Of a stretch of 64,000 bases of DNA, positions 25,501-37,203 are shown piece by piece (within the stretch, counting starts at the first letter, position 1; each line of letters starts with the position of its first letter). This DNA is from Amoebophrya sp. A120 (lineage: Eukaryota > Protista > Dinoflagellata), in NCBI GenBank assembly GCA_905178155.1, contig CAJINV010000001.1:11169009-11233008 (forward strand). Direction: 5' to 3'. The position numbers were made by a program, and so were the translations under genes. The notes beneath the pieces were generated by a model that saw only the letters and a program-made list of their open reading frames with translations, was not told where the DNA came from and ran no database searches.

Positions 25501-28500
25501 CGTGAAAAAGCTACTTGGCGAGCGGAGCTGTGTGGAGCTGCTCGCCTACCTCGGCCACGTGCGGAAAGACCGGGGGCGGGAAGAGTCGACGGAGGTGGAG
25601 CGCGAACTCCAGCGCATCCGGCTCTTCGCGGGCTTCGGGAACCAACTGGATTTCAACTCCTTTTTGCTCGTCTACAAGCTGTACTGCGACGCGATAACGA
25701 CCAAGTGGTACCGCAGCTTCCAAACTATTTTTGGCCGCAGCATGCGGCAAGCAGCACTGCTGCAACAGAAAACCATGGCGGCCGAGGGCAGTGCTCTTAC
25801 CGGTGCCGACGGGGAGCAGGCTTCATCTCAGCCTGCCGCCGATGGTGCAGTTGCAACCAGACAAGCCGGAGCAGCAGATGAGAGCAGCGCGAATCAAGAC
25901 CAAACCACTGTCGTCAAGAAAGCGAACTCTCGGATAAGCATCGTGGAGCGATTTTTCCAGGCTCCGGCAATACCAGGGAAGGCGCAGATGTTCGATACGC
26001 ACTCGGTGTTCACCGATACCATGCAGCGTACCATGTACATGTGCGGGTTCCGCGAGCTGCGGCCAATGGCCATGGTGGAGTGCTGCGGCATTGCGGGGAT
26101 CAACTGGCGGTACGGGCCGACGTTCCAGCAATTCTTCCAGTGCTGCCTGCTGCTCTTCCGCAGTTTCCAGTTCCCGCCCTCGGACTTCGTGCGGTACCAG
26201 AAGCGGTGGTGCAATCGGTTCAATGCGGAGGGGCACTTGGACGCGCAGAACGGGCAAAACCGCGCGAAGGGGTTGGAGACGGCGGGGGAGAGCGAGCTGC
26301 CCTCCCACCTCGCTGCGATGATGGAAGCGGCGCGCGGAGGCGGCGACACCGCGTCGAGCACGACTGGGTTCGTTTCCTCCGCAGCTGATAATGAGGGCGG
26401 TGGGGCTGGCGGTCAGCCAGCAGGCGGGGAAGTGTCCCGGGACCAGCTGCAGAAGGACGCGAGCGGGCTGCTTTCGAAGGCGCTGATGTTTGCCGGGTCG
26501 GTGGGGTTGCGGGACGCGAAAATCGAGACCCCCGCGGTCTTCCGCAGCCACGGCGTTTTGAAACTGGTCGGGTCCGTCAGTGTCGAGGAGGTGGCGCAGA
26601 ACCCAGTGAACGGTTGCTTCGGCAACCCGGCGGTGGTCCGCGACCTTTTGCTGGAAGAAGCGACCTTGCCGGAAACACGGAACGCGATGCTGACGGAATT
26701 CGAAGCCGTGATCGGGGACGCGATGATCGAGCAGGCGCGCAGCATGGGCTATCGCATTGGCGACGAGCAGTGGCGGTTCACTCGTGACGCGGAGAATGCC
26801 GCAAAGGCAGCGGATTCAATCAAGGAGGACGACGGCGATGAGTCAGCCTCCTCTTCGACGACCGCCGGAGGAAGTACTAGCGGATCAGCTACTTCATCCT
26901 CCAGCGCCATTGCATCTGGTAGTTCTGTTGAACAAGCGAGGACTGCTGGAGATCAGCAGGCCGGGATAAAATCGCAGGCAGAAGTAGAGCACTCGTCCGA
27001 TGCTGATGGGGCGCATGACCAGGACTCGCTGCACCTGAAGAAGGCGGGCGATACGAGTTGGCATCGTGCAAGCTGCTACCGGGACTTCCGTGACACTGCC
27101 CTTGCCTTGTCGGGTGTGTCGAATGAACTGAAGAAGAAGAAACCAAATCAGAAAGATCCCATGGAAAAGATCCCGCCCGAGGCACCCATTGCGTTTGATT
27201 TCCTGGATTACATGCGCGCCGTTCGCGTCGCTCGGAACATCGAGACGCGGCAGGCGATGGAGCTCTTCTTGAACTTCGACGCAGACGGCAGTCTGCGGTT
27301 GAGCGCGGGCGAGATTGCATTATTGCTGATCGCGTTGGAGTGTTCCTGCGACCTCGACTGCCTCGTGGAAGCATTGACGCTGTACGGAACCTGGACGGCA
27401 CGCACGGAGATCGAAGAAGGCGAGGAAAACATGTTTGCTCGTTCCTTGCGGATCGAAACAGCCTCGCCGGGGGACGACCACAGCACATCGTCGGAAGAAG
27501 CAAGTGCGCACTCCAGTGGTTCGGAAGCTGGCGAGGACGAGCACAGCAAGGCCGCTGCGTTGACAGCAACGCTAGCACCAAGCTCGGAGCTGCTAGAGGC
27601 TGGAACTACAGGAATAACCGAAGCGAAGGCCGACTCCGAGGCGAAGTCACCGGCAACGCCAAAGATCAATCCGTTCGGAAAACTCCCTATGGGCGGTGGA
27701 GCAGCGAGCGTGTTTACAATGGCAAAGATAAATGCAAAGTTAGCGCCACGTAACAAAGATGCCAGTAAAGCCAGCAAAGGGCCGAAGTTGGATGCTTTCG
27801 GCCGTATCGTCCGTCCAAAACAGAATCGTGCTCGATCTGCTGATGCACCGACAAAGCATATCTACCCGAAATGGACGAGCTACCTTCTCGATCCAAAACT
27901 CCACACTGCGCTGGAGGTTTTTGCAGACCCACCTCCCAATGCAACAGGTGGAGCAGGAGGCAATGCGCAATCCTCAGCAGCTGCTGCAAGTTCTGCGGGC
28001 GCAGCTACCGCTTCCGGTGCAGCTACTGGTGCCACGACAGCAACGTTGAGCAAGAAAGAGCGGCGCACGCTCACTCTGCGACGGTCTTTTTCCGCCGATG
28101 CGTTTGAGCACGAGGAGCGGCGCTTAGAGTACTTGCACCATGCTCCGGTGTCCGGTCCTCTGACCCAAAAGCAGGCCGACGTGCGAAAGCAGCGCCTGGC
28201 CGAGCGCGAGGACGAGGGTGCGCGGCCACCAGCGGCGAGTATGCATGATCAACTCGATGACGAAACCCCGGCGTCCGAAACAGTTGCGTTGCAGCAGTTT
28301 GACCAGTACTATGCGCTCGTGGAAAACTTTGTTCTCCCTCTGGGAACGAACCGCAGCAAGCTTCATCGCGACAGTGCGATCACCCCGGTCGGGCACCAGC
28401 AGGACGTGATGCTGAAGCTACCGAAAGCCTCCCGCTTGAGTTACGCATCAACCCGAAGCAAAGTGTTCCAAAAAGTGACGAGGTGGCGCGCCAGGCAGCA

Positions 28501-31500
28501 GCGACGAACCGCCAAGGGTCGGGGGGTGGGCGGCGGTCTTGTGTCAACATCCCTCGGCAACACCACGGACGAGCAATCAACCACTTCCGTTGCTGCAGGA
28601 GCGCCTGCTGGTGCAGCTGCTGCAGCCGCTCCAAGCGATACTAGTAGTCCGAACAAGCTAAAAATGGGTCGCATGTTGCTGAAGCGGAGCAGCACGGTGG
28701 CTTCCTCTTCGCCCAGCACCAGCACAACGAACAAAGACCAGCAATTATACGACGACGAAGCGTACTCGCAGGCGACCGCGAGCGAGGACTGTCCGGTAGA
28801 GTACAGCGACGACGAGGAGGAGGCTTTGCCGCCGGAACTCGAGGTGCCATTCGAGCATTTGCTCCGGTTTCTCGGGCACGTGCAGACTTCGAGCGGGTTC
28901 GGACCCCGGATGCGCGCGCTCTACGAAAAAATGTTTTTACAGAACGCGAAAACAAATCCGCGTACCGGCGTCACGGAACTGCCGAGTAGGCAAGTCGTTG
29001 AATACGTAGTCGCGTGGTGTTTCGCGCCCTACGAGCACGCGAGAATCCACCGGGCGCTGATGCGAGAAACATTTGAAAACTTGTCGCTGGGAGAACTGCT
29101 GCAGCTTCTGCGGAGGCTGGAGAACGTACTACTCAAGGACTGGCACAGGGCCTTTTTCAAGGCGTACGTCAGCCGTTTACTGGATTCTTGCAGCGCTAAC
29201 GCAGAGGAGCTCAAGGCCGAAACGCACACGACACGGAATGCCAGCGAACTGCAGCGCCGCAGGCATGTCTACCACATGCTCACGCGGGGTATGTTCCAAC
29301 CCCATCCGCGACACGCGATTTCCAATGTCGCGTTTCTCAGGATGTTCTACCCGGAGATCGAGGAACTGGGGATTCCGAAAAGCAACGTAGCGAAATTGCT
29401 AGAGCAACAGAGCGGAGCGGGCGCCGTCGCAGCTAGCGCTGCAGGTCCGGCCGATCAAACCGCCGGCGCGTCATCTTCAAGTTCATCTTCTGCGAATAAA
29501 TCGAGCAACTTTTTTCCCGAGCCGGAGCTGGCCCAGGAAGTTCGCACTTTGTTGCGGGAGTGCGGGATTGACCGCGAGGTGTTGCTGAAACGCGTGGAAG
29601 TTCGGTGGCACGACGTGGTTTCGTACCTTCGAATTTGTCGCGAGCGCGCGATCCTGAAACACGAGGCCAGCGCGGGCTTCTCGCAGTCTCAGCAGCGCGA
29701 CGTGAAGTTGCATTTTTGTGGGTTTTTCGAGCTGGACCCCAAGTTCACACCTTTGCTCGCGTCTGAGGTGAAGGCGCTACAGGAGGGCAAGGGACAGCAG
29801 ACATTTGGGAAGAGCTCGAATTTGCTGCGGAAAATGGAGTCGCGCGCGTTCGCAGACTCGAAGATGGTGCTGAACAAAGACGCCGTCGCCGCAATCGCAG
29901 CGAAGGGCAGTGAAGCCGACGGGCTTGGAGGCAGCAACGCGGTTTCCTCGTCTCCGTCAAAAGACCTCGGCTTTTCAGGAGCAAACTTGATGTTTTCTTC
30001 CTCTCCAATCGAGGCCGCAGTTATCGAAACGTCGAAACCGGACGAACAGGCGCGGCCCGAGGAAACAGGCGCGACTCCACAACTTATCAAAAGGAAAAAA
30101 CCCCCCTCCCCATATCAAAACGAAACTTCTGATGCTGGATTTGTATACATAAATCCGAGCTGTCTTGCTGGAAAGCACTGCAGGCCCATACCAAGTGTGA
30201 GCAGAGAGGTTTTGGCCTAGGCGCTTAGCATGAAAAACGTCCGCGCCCTAGACCCAACAGCATGACAAACCGCCTGCACAATGCCGCGGAGCCTGCGCCG
30301 GAGTTGCCTTCTTGCAAGACAGACACGATTTGTGACCACAAATCAGCATCACAAATAATTTCCAAAAATATACTTTTTCAGTATGGGGAGGGGGGATTTT
30401 TCCTTTTGATACAATTGCTTTTCGAGGAGGACATTTTGAACATTCCGCTGTTCGAAGATAAGCCGGAAGCAGAGGAGGATATTGCGGACGAAGCGGCGGA
30501 GATGAAAACGCGATTCCCATCACAGTCCCGCCTTCTGTCCCTCGGTCTGGTCGACAAGGGGCGCGAACTCCCGCCCGCCATGGGGCGCAAGCACCGCCGG
30601 CGCGAACAGCGTAAGAAACAGTCCTCCCGACTGAGTTCCCCGGCGTCCAGCCGCAGCTCGCCATTGTCCAGCCCCTTCGGCAATTCCGATCCGCGCGGGG
30701 TCCGCGTCGCCGGTCGGTTCGGATTAAAGGCCGTCTCTTCACCTGGCACGGCAACGCCCAGCGTCCCGGGAACGACGACGGTGAACAGCTTAGCGCAGGT
30801 GAGTCTGACCAAAGTGGACTTGTCCGGCGTGGGGAGCTACGACCCGTACAAGAAAATCGACCCGGAGAAGGAGCTGGACCCGGGCCTCTACAACGGGACC
30901 AAGCCGATGTTGCAAGAGAAACCGCAGTACCCGGAGCCCCTGGTCCAGCTGGAAATTAGCGCGCAGCGGGTGAAGAAATTCCTCGCGGAGATCTGGCCGG
31001 GCTGCAAACAGAGTTCCGACAACCGGAACTGGTTAGAGGTGCAAATGGCGTACTTGCGATCCTCGTTTGGGGATCAATTCGGTTTCAATCACGCACTGCA
31101 CTTCTGCAAGGCGGTGCAGGAAAAATGCCTGCGAGAACAGCGGGAGTCCGCTTCTCTGGCATTCATCAAGCCGGTATCAATCGTGAATTATTTTTTGTGC
31201 CGCTGACTTTGACTCAGACTCTTTGTTTCTCTTTCGCTCGCTTGCGATAATTCCGGATTCTCTTTGTGTTTCCGCATACTGATGTCACCTAACCCTAAGA
31301 GAAGGTCCAAGCCACGTCTGGTTTGACAAATCCAACAAAATATAAAATAATCGAGTAGAAGCCCTGCTGGGTCGTTGATGATAAAACTACACAAACAGAC
31401 TGAATGCGCTGCCTTCTTGATGCTCTCAATTTATAGAAAAATCAACACTTCAGGTTGATCATTACCCCGGTCTTGTGACCCTGCACAGTGATGCTGCGGC

Positions 31501-32292
31501 AAGTCTCCGCCGGATTTTCCTTAAACTCGCAGATCAACACGAAGACGACTGCGTCCCTTTTTTGCAGGTACTGCTAAAGGGAGCAACCACTAGAACCTTC
31601 CACCACGCTGGTTGGTTGTATTTCAAAATGAAAACTTCAATTTGTCTACTACTTTAATACGTACATGTGCAACGACGCTAGCGCTCAAATTCGAAACAGA
31701 CATGATTCGGCATCTGCTTCAGCACATTGCTCAACATCATAAATTTATTTTCCAGGTAAAAAACGCTTGGATCGGGCGGCTACCACGCAGTGAGCAATTG
31801 GAGACTCTGATCAACGAAGAGCCTTACTTGCGCGTGAAGGAGTTCCCCGGCGGTCGCCACACACCCATCCGCCTACCTGCGAGACAGGACGTCATCAGTG
31901 TCTGGAACCGGATTGCGGAGAAGAAGGTGAAGAACAAAGACAAGAAAGATGCGGCAAATAGTCCGACCAATATGGCGGGTAAGACCCCGAAGGGGATGAA
32001 GGGCACCTCCGCACAGCTGATCAGCATGAACAACCCGTCCTCGCGTGTTCGGAACCAGAAGCAGGCAAGAAATTCGCCAATGGAGCGGTTGTCCGGGATA
32101 GACCGGCTGGCCCCGGAGACGGTCGAGGAACCCCCAGTGCAGCGGCTGAGCTACCCGGGCTTTATCGTGTTGTTCCGCTTTCTGAAGCACTTCCACGTGC
32201 AGGGCGTGTTTCCAAGAAAACGAAAAAACGCAGACGCAGGGACAAACTTCGTGCCCAGTAAGTCCGCACATCTAAGCGTTTTGCTGCATTAA
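19574..32292 (+). CDS. Giant (~3749 aa) low-complexity protein with an EF-hand-like motif, 7 exons (19574-20582, 20841-20899, 21053-22825, 23084-30084, 30417-31173, 31454-31567, 31756-32292)
   Basis: Four TIR introns plus GT-AG introns 31174-31453 and 31568-31755 connect ORFs 19574, 20837, 23009, 30262, 31475 and 31612 into one frame (11250 nt). EF-hand-like ELFLNFDADGSLRLSAGEI near 27260. Confidence 0.75.
20583..20835. mobile_element. TIR introner-like element (family A), 253 bp, direct repeat GATGG
   Basis: TATCAACTGTAAAAATGTCTGGGTCTGGAA ... TTCCAGACCCAGACATTTTTACAATCCATA; GATGG at 20578-20582 and 20836-20840; removal gives SEEM-VPIRNP. Confidence 0.93.
20900..21047. mobile_element. TIR introner-like element (family B), 148 bp, direct repeat CGGCC, stop-free and frame-neutral
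   Basis: TATCCTGTGCAAAAGTATCGTACTCGTA ... TACGAGTACGATACTTTTGCAGTTCATA; CGGCC at 20895-20899 and 21048-21052; the 153-bp unit is read through by the ORF track. Confidence 0.9.
22826..23078. mobile_element. TIR introner-like element (family A), 253 bp, direct repeat CCAGT/CCAGC, inverted relative to the 20583 copy
   Basis: TATGAATTGCAAATATGTCTGGGTCTGGAA ... TTCCAGACCCAGACATTTTTGCATTTGATA; removal gives VAMPTS-TTSAIFRS. Confidence 0.92.
30085..30411. mobile_element. TIR introner-like element (family D), 327 bp, direct repeat CAACT/CAATT
   Basis: TATCAAAAGGAAAAAACCCCCCTCCCCATA ... TATGGGGAGGGGGGATTTTTCCTTTTGATA; removing 332 bp gives ATPQL-LFEEDILN. Confidence 0.92.
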
Positions 32293-33858
32293 GCAAACTA
32301 CGGATAAGGAGCGATAATGATCTCAAGTATTCAGATTCACCATTCACTATCACTACATACTAAGACAAGTTACTCCTCAAAATCAATAAAACAGCGAGCT
32401 TTATACTCTCGCAATTTCAGTCGCAGTCCATGGTTTTTCATGTGAAACGACATGATCCACCGAAATATTCAAGACAAACTTTCACTGTGGCGCCAGCCGT
32501 ACAAACTACTACATTCTTTCAAGACAAGCCACGTTAACCTTTTAACAAACTCGCTCATCTTCATCCTACTTAGCCTTGTCGAAAAATGGCTCCAGCTGCT
32601 GCTCCGGCATAAGCAACGGACCGCCCAAAATTGAAAACCAAGATATCGAAGCGATCGGCAACTTGTCGCAATATTATTTGCCGTCTTAACAACATCAACT
32701 TAAATTTTTACGTTAGAATAGCTCTGTACATCAACACATCATCACCGCTGCGTCTGAAAAGTCGCGCACACACAATCTTGAAGTCTATTAGGTTGAGGTT
32801 CACGAAGTTGCGTCTCAATCGAATCTTTTCAAGTACTACATTCATCCTGGTGACTCTGACTGCTTGTATTTTCTGTAGACAAACTACCGCTATACAATCT
32901 CATTTTGGTTTCTTTCAGCATCAGCTCCGCTTCATCTCGCTTTTGTACATCAATCGAAATCCGTGCTATGCCTGTGGCTGCGTAACCACGGAGCTACTGA
33001 AATTCTTGGAAAAATAAAACTGCTCAACATCCGAGAGAGCGTTGTGCCTTGTTTTTTGTCTGTACAGAAAGTTGCTTAGGAATAGGAATCAGGAACTCTG
33101 GATGTATTAAAAGTGAACAAGGATGCTGTCCTCGACAGCACAAAAAGTGAACAAGAAGACGCCGACGAACCATGATTGCGGCTCAATTACAATTGCATTG
33201 CTGCAGGAGAAGCAAACGAAAAAACCTCTGGCAAAGCACAAGATCATCGCATTCATTCGGTACTTTGATGTGCTATGATTCGATGTTTTGATGTGCTATG
33301 TACATTTCGGTGTTGTTTAGTAAAAATCATCATTCGGTGCTGGTGGTCGCGTCAAAGTAGAGTCGGATAAGCGAACTTCGGTGTAGAAGATCTGGCTTCC
33401 ATGAAATTTACCATGAATAAATTTGACCAGCACGACATTGGCCTCGGTAATGAATGGCTTGCTAGTTGTTTTCGGGCGCTTCGGTCTTTTGGACTTTTCT
33501 GTCGGTGAGACGAACTGAAACCCACGACCAAGTTCATTCTTCGTGGTCGAGCGCTTTCCGTCTTCCCACGCTCGCTGTATATCACGTAGCCTCGCACGAC
33601 TTTGTAACCAGCAGAGATGATGATGAAAGAATGTATAAAGATTCAAAAAAAAATGAAACTAACCTTAAGACGCAGGCCTTTCTTTGTTTTCCATTCTACC
33701 AACATTCACAAATGGTTTTCAACATAATCGCCGCTGATTTGATGTTTTTGTAGAACGCAGTGCAGCGCGAGCGCGCTGATTGCGTCATGATGTTTATCTT
33801 TGACTGGCTTCGCGCACGGTTCGTTGACCCTATTACCTCCGAAATGGCGTGATAGATC

Positions 33859-35841
33859 ATGGAGACTCGCAGCAATCTTTATGGAGATCTTTTAGAGCTG
33901 CAGCAGCAGCAGAGTGAAAACACGCCAGGGGTGTCGTTCTTCGGACCCAATGCGACCAACAAAACCAGCAGCAACTTTCGGAGCAGACCTTCAGCAAAAA
34001 TGAAACAGTCTGCTGTGCCGGTGCAGGTAGCGTCCGGTTACACCTTTCAGCCTCAAGAGAATCTAGGACAGCTGCAAGGCGGAAGGGCAACATCGTCGCG
34101 TGTGGGGCAGCTTGCCGCAGGTGGTACTGTTGATGAAGAACATCAAAGTGCTCCCGTGGGAGGACCCTCTGCAAAGATTGAGGATTCCGTCGCACTCGAC
34201 TCGTTTGGCTACCGAGCGTATGAGCAGCGACAACTGACGAAGAAACGACAAAAGGAACAGGCTCTGGTGAGTGTTAAACTTCAGCATGATGATTTTGAAG
34301 AGTTCGTGGCCACAAAGCAAAAAGAACAAGCCCAGGCGCAGGCACTAAAACAAGCCGAAGCTGCTGCTGCCCAGGGTCCTCAAGTGAAGACGATGAAGAG
34401 TGCTAGAGCAGTTTCTACGCGAGGATTTCCTTCCCAGCGTCCGCCGACCACATTCACCATGCCGAGCACGCATCGATCCACCAGGACGCGCGGGCGTATG
34501 GTCAGGCAGCGCACCGGAAAGGCACCCTGCTGCCTGCGCGCCCCTTTCGCCCCATGGCCCTTGCTAATCCCCGACGTTGACGCCGACAACGAAGGTGTCA
34601 CAAGCGGCGACGAAAATGGTCGTGCCACGACTTCTCGGAAGACGACCTTTGGGCAAAGTCGAACGACTGGCTGCATTTTGCACCGTGTGTACTGCCAGTG
34701 GATCCCGTTTACCTTCGCACTCTTGATTGTCGTCGCCACGATTACTTGTTTGATCGTAGCAGTCAACTTCGAGGACGGAGGCTTGAGCACGAAGAAGCTT
34801 AAAAACGGGACCATCATCACCCGCGACTGGCCGTTCTACCAATACGCCGTCAGCCACTACCTCGACGACGGCTTCAACGTGGCGATTCCCACCTTTTTCT
34901 GCTCCTCCGTCCTGATGTTTTTCTTCATGGTGGCCCGGCATCCGGTCGCGGATTGCTGCCTGCACCGGAGCGCTTCGGCGAAGCGACGGCAAACGTATAC
35001 GGAAACCGTAGCGCTCCTAAACGCAGAGATGAACGACGAGCATATTTTTAACGTGGACCCCCGTCGGGGCTCGTTTGCCGCCGACCTGTTGCCGACGCCG
35101 CCAGGAGGAAATAAAATGGGGAAGTGCGCGATTCACTGCGCGGCCTGCTGTGCAAATTTCAGCTGCACGAATTTGGTCTTTGTTATTTTCGGCGCCATAT
35201 CGGTGGTCGGTGTCGCCGGCGTGGCGCTCTTCACCAACGGCGTCTCGAGACGGGAGACTGCCAAGAAATATCTCCTGCGTCTCCCCCAACTCCATCTTAC
35301 CTTTGCGACGGTTTTTTTCATCTCCATCGCCATTTACCAGACCCTGCACACGATCTTCCTGATCTTGGATCTTTTTCAAACCTGTTACTGCTGCAAGGCC
35401 GTGTGCCCGCGAGGCTGCTGCGACGATTACGAAAGCGATGACGAGAGTGATTCGGAGGACGCAGACGGCATTCTGGAGATGATGGCGCAGCAAGCGGCCT
35501 CTACCCGCGGCGAGAGAATTTCGCGGCAGCTGGATGCGGTCGTGGGGTCGAAAGGGTACAACAGGGTCGAGCGCGCAGCGATGGTCCCGAGAAACTTCTG
35601 TACCATCACCGTTGCGATAGTGTGTTTGTGCCTGAATGTGCTGACGATCACCCACTACCTCATTTGGAATTCTAACGGAAGTGGCGCAAAAAAAGAATTC
35701 AACTACCACGAGTGGCTCGCCGTGTTTTACATCTTTCTGTACTTTATCGCCGTCGGCATTCTCACCCTGCAGCACGGTAAAAGAACCGAGGCAGTGTCGT
35801 GCAGATCTAATTGCTGTCGCGCCGATCGTGACAGGGTCTAG
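33859..35841 (+). CDS. Frag1/DRAM/Sfk1 (TMEM150-like) multi-pass membrane protein (660 aa)
   Basis: About six TM helices with family-like motifs YAVSHY, LHLTFATVFF and EWLAVFYIFLYF; long disordered N-terminus. Confidence 0.7.
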   Translation: METRSNLYGDLLELQQQQSENTPGVSFFGPNATNKTSSNFRSRPSAKMKQSAVPVQVASGYTFQPQENLGQLQGGRATSSRVGQLAAGGTVDEEHQSAPVGGPSAKIEDSVALDSFGYRAYEQRQLTKKRQKEQALVSVKLQHDDFEEFVATKQKEQAQAQALKQAEAAAAQGPQVKTMKSARAVSTRGFPSQRPPTTFTMPSTHRSTRTRGRMVRQRTGKAPCCLRAPFAPWPLLIPDVDADNEGVTSGDENGRATTSRKTTFGQSRTTGCILHRVYCQWIPFTFALLIVVATITCLIVAVNFEDGGLSTKKLKNGTIITRDWPFYQYAVSHYLDDGFNVAIPTFFCSSVLMFFFMVARHPVADCCLHRSASAKRRQTYTETVALLNAEMNDEHIFNVDPRRGSFAADLLPTPPGGNKMGKCAIHCAACCANFSCTNLVFVIFGAISVVGVAGVALFTNGVSRRETAKKYLLRLPQLHLTFATVFFISIAIYQTLHTIFLILDLFQTCYCCKAVCPRGCCDDYESDDESDSEDADGILEMMAQQAASTRGERISRQLDAVVGSKGYNRVERAAMVPRNFCTITVAIVCLCLNVLTITHYLIWNSNGSGAKKEFNYHEWLAVFYIFLYFIAVGILTLQHGKRTEAVSCRSNCCRADRDRV

Positions 35842-37152
35842 TTTTTGGTGGATTAAATTGAAAAGAGATCATGACGCGATCGATCAAGACAAGATAGAGG
35901 AAATGGGACGCTGCAGCCCTACTCTATTTCTGTAACTTTCTGCGAGCACCCGCCAGCGTAAGTCAAGTAAAGCGTGCTACATGCAGCTCGTCCTTGATCC
36001 GTATGTTGACTTACCTACGTTTTCTGGATATGAGTCCTGACATGGCATGCATGATTTTTGTTCTTCACAAGTATGACCACGTAAGGAGGCGCAATCAATT
36101 CGAATTGAGTTGCTTCCGGAATTGGTGGAATTGCAGTGGACATTCACGTGAAATAAGTTACCTTTTTTTCGTTTCATAATTTCCATGCGATGAGACTGGT
36201 GCATTGCCAGCACTGGCAGCTTCTGACATCATCTAGTGATTCTCATTCCTGTTTTGGCGTTCTCATGCTAAGCATATGGTTGCAGTGTTGTGCTGAACCA
36301 AAGGACAAAAAAGACTGAAACTACTGAGACAACACAATCATATAACTGTCTCAGGACAGAGGTGAACCAGGACCACAAACTACCGCCTTGGACGCATTCT
36401 GTTTGTCAGAAACGAGGAAGCGCGCTGGATGAAATCGGCGAAAAGAAAACAGATAAAAAGAGGACATGACTGTGGCACTAATGTATGTCTGTTTTCATCC
36501 TTTTTCCCTATCCGTTGTTCGCTCTACAACGACCTGCAAGTGCAATATTTGAAGCGATGAGTTTTATATATTGACTCCCCGTGTTGAGGACCTAGAGGTA
36601 GAGCCAGAGCTTAAGCTTGTCTGTTATGTGGGATCTTGGATTTTTTCCATGGATGTCAGATGCTAAGACTAACTGGAGTTTAGTACGTGAGTCGGTTTCA
36701 TCGAGAAGTGCATGTAAATGTGAAAAGCCATGAAACTGTCGAGAATGTGATCAACGTGGTGAAAAATAAAGAACCATCATTGTTGTGAAAAAAGGAGGAT
36801 CTATGTCTATCACGACGCAAGCCAAATAGTATATTGACACAAAGATCGATCAGTGACACTTAACTACCTTACATGCTTCTATCTGAGTGCAGCAAAATTC
36901 ATACACCTGAGCCTGCGTGTGATGTAGATGTTATGGATTCGGATTCCGTCGTTTCTGTGTGAATAAGAATAATTAATATCGGTCGATGTGGAGGAAGGAA
37001 GTCCTCGAGGTTGTCAGTCAGGAATATTCATTTTCACTTTCAACTGTGCTCTCTGAAGGAACTAGACAGCCAATACAGTGTGCTTGTTTGTTCTCGACGT
37101 ACTTAGCTCGCCTCCTTGGCGCGTTTCCTTAGTTTGTATGCCTCCTTGACAT

Positions 37153-37203
37153 TGTCTACTTGCATTTTTCCACGATCTCTGTCTACTTGCATTTTTCCAC
37201 GAT
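37153..37203. repeat. 24-bp direct repeat (period 27) overlapping the CLN3 start codon
   Basis: TGTCTACTTGCATTTTTCCACGAT at 37153 and 37180; the second copy runs into the ATG at 37202. Confidence 0.8.

Noticed and set aside
31174-31453. Segment starting G-TATCAATC as another TAT...ATA element
   Set aside because: No matching TIR or 5-bp repeat; a standard GT...CAG intron explains the in-frame junction.
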